A program made the translations under genes and the position numbers. From the IMG/VR virus record IMGVR_UViG_2693429700_000004: a stretch of 12,326 bases of DNA; one strand, 5' to 3'. Source of the stretch: a virus. Lineage: Duplodnaviria > Heunggongvirae > Uroviricota > Caudoviricetes. The first letter of the stretch is position 1; every line of letters begins with the position of its first letter. The notes beneath the pieces were generated by a model, which did not search any database, was not told the DNA's origin, and saw only the letters and a list, made by a program, of their open reading frames with translations. Positions 12,308-12,326 of the stretch are shown in pieces.

Positions 12308-12326
12308 ACCGCCACTAGCTCATCAG

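Larger units (their letters stand above)
88..12326. mobile_element. lambdoid (Rac-like) prophage segment covering immunity, replication, nin, Q and cargo regions; boundaries not contained in the window
   Basis: Gene order and content listed above; left side abuts an IS3-family transposase gene, right side reaches a tRNA gene. Confidence 0.7.

Noticed and set aside
1-12326. CRISPR array, rRNA genes, integrase or excisionase, lysis and structural genes
   Set aside because: No spaced direct-repeat arrays, no rRNA-like conserved stretches, and no ORF with recombinase, holin, endolysin or capsid features were found in this window.

Overview
This window reads as a segment of a lambdoid, Rac-like prophage in an enterobacterial chromosome, with almost all genes on the + strand. 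Left to right: the 5' end of an IS3-family transposase orfA (- strand, runs out of the window); two small leftward early genes behind a near-consensus promoter; a divergent immunity switch (RacR-like repressor on -, YdaS-like Cro HTH and YdaT-like protein on +); replication genes (O-like initiator with palindromic iteron-like repeats, DnaC-like helicase loader); a nin-like block of accessory genes (tandem winged-helix protein, small HTH protein, compact orphan SAM-dependent methyltransferase, two small unknowns, a 473-aa DUF551-type protein, two unannotated mini-ORFs for hydrophobic peptides, a hok/mok/sok type I toxin-antitoxin locus, DUF1367 and YbcO-like proteins); a Q-like antiterminator followed by a pR'-like promoter and short terminated leader; cargo genes (ORF6N antirepressor-like protein, small HTH protein, AppY/PatE-like AraC regulator); and a tRNA with CAU anticodon (Ile2-like). 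No CRISPR array, rRNA, lysis or structural genes are present in the window. All family assignments are from reading the translations, motifs and synteny by eye; no database search was run. The best candidates for an undescribed module are the two hydrophobic mini-ORFs wedged between the DUF551 gene and hok, and the unknown-function block at 3567-7437, but I cannot assign either a function from sequence alone.
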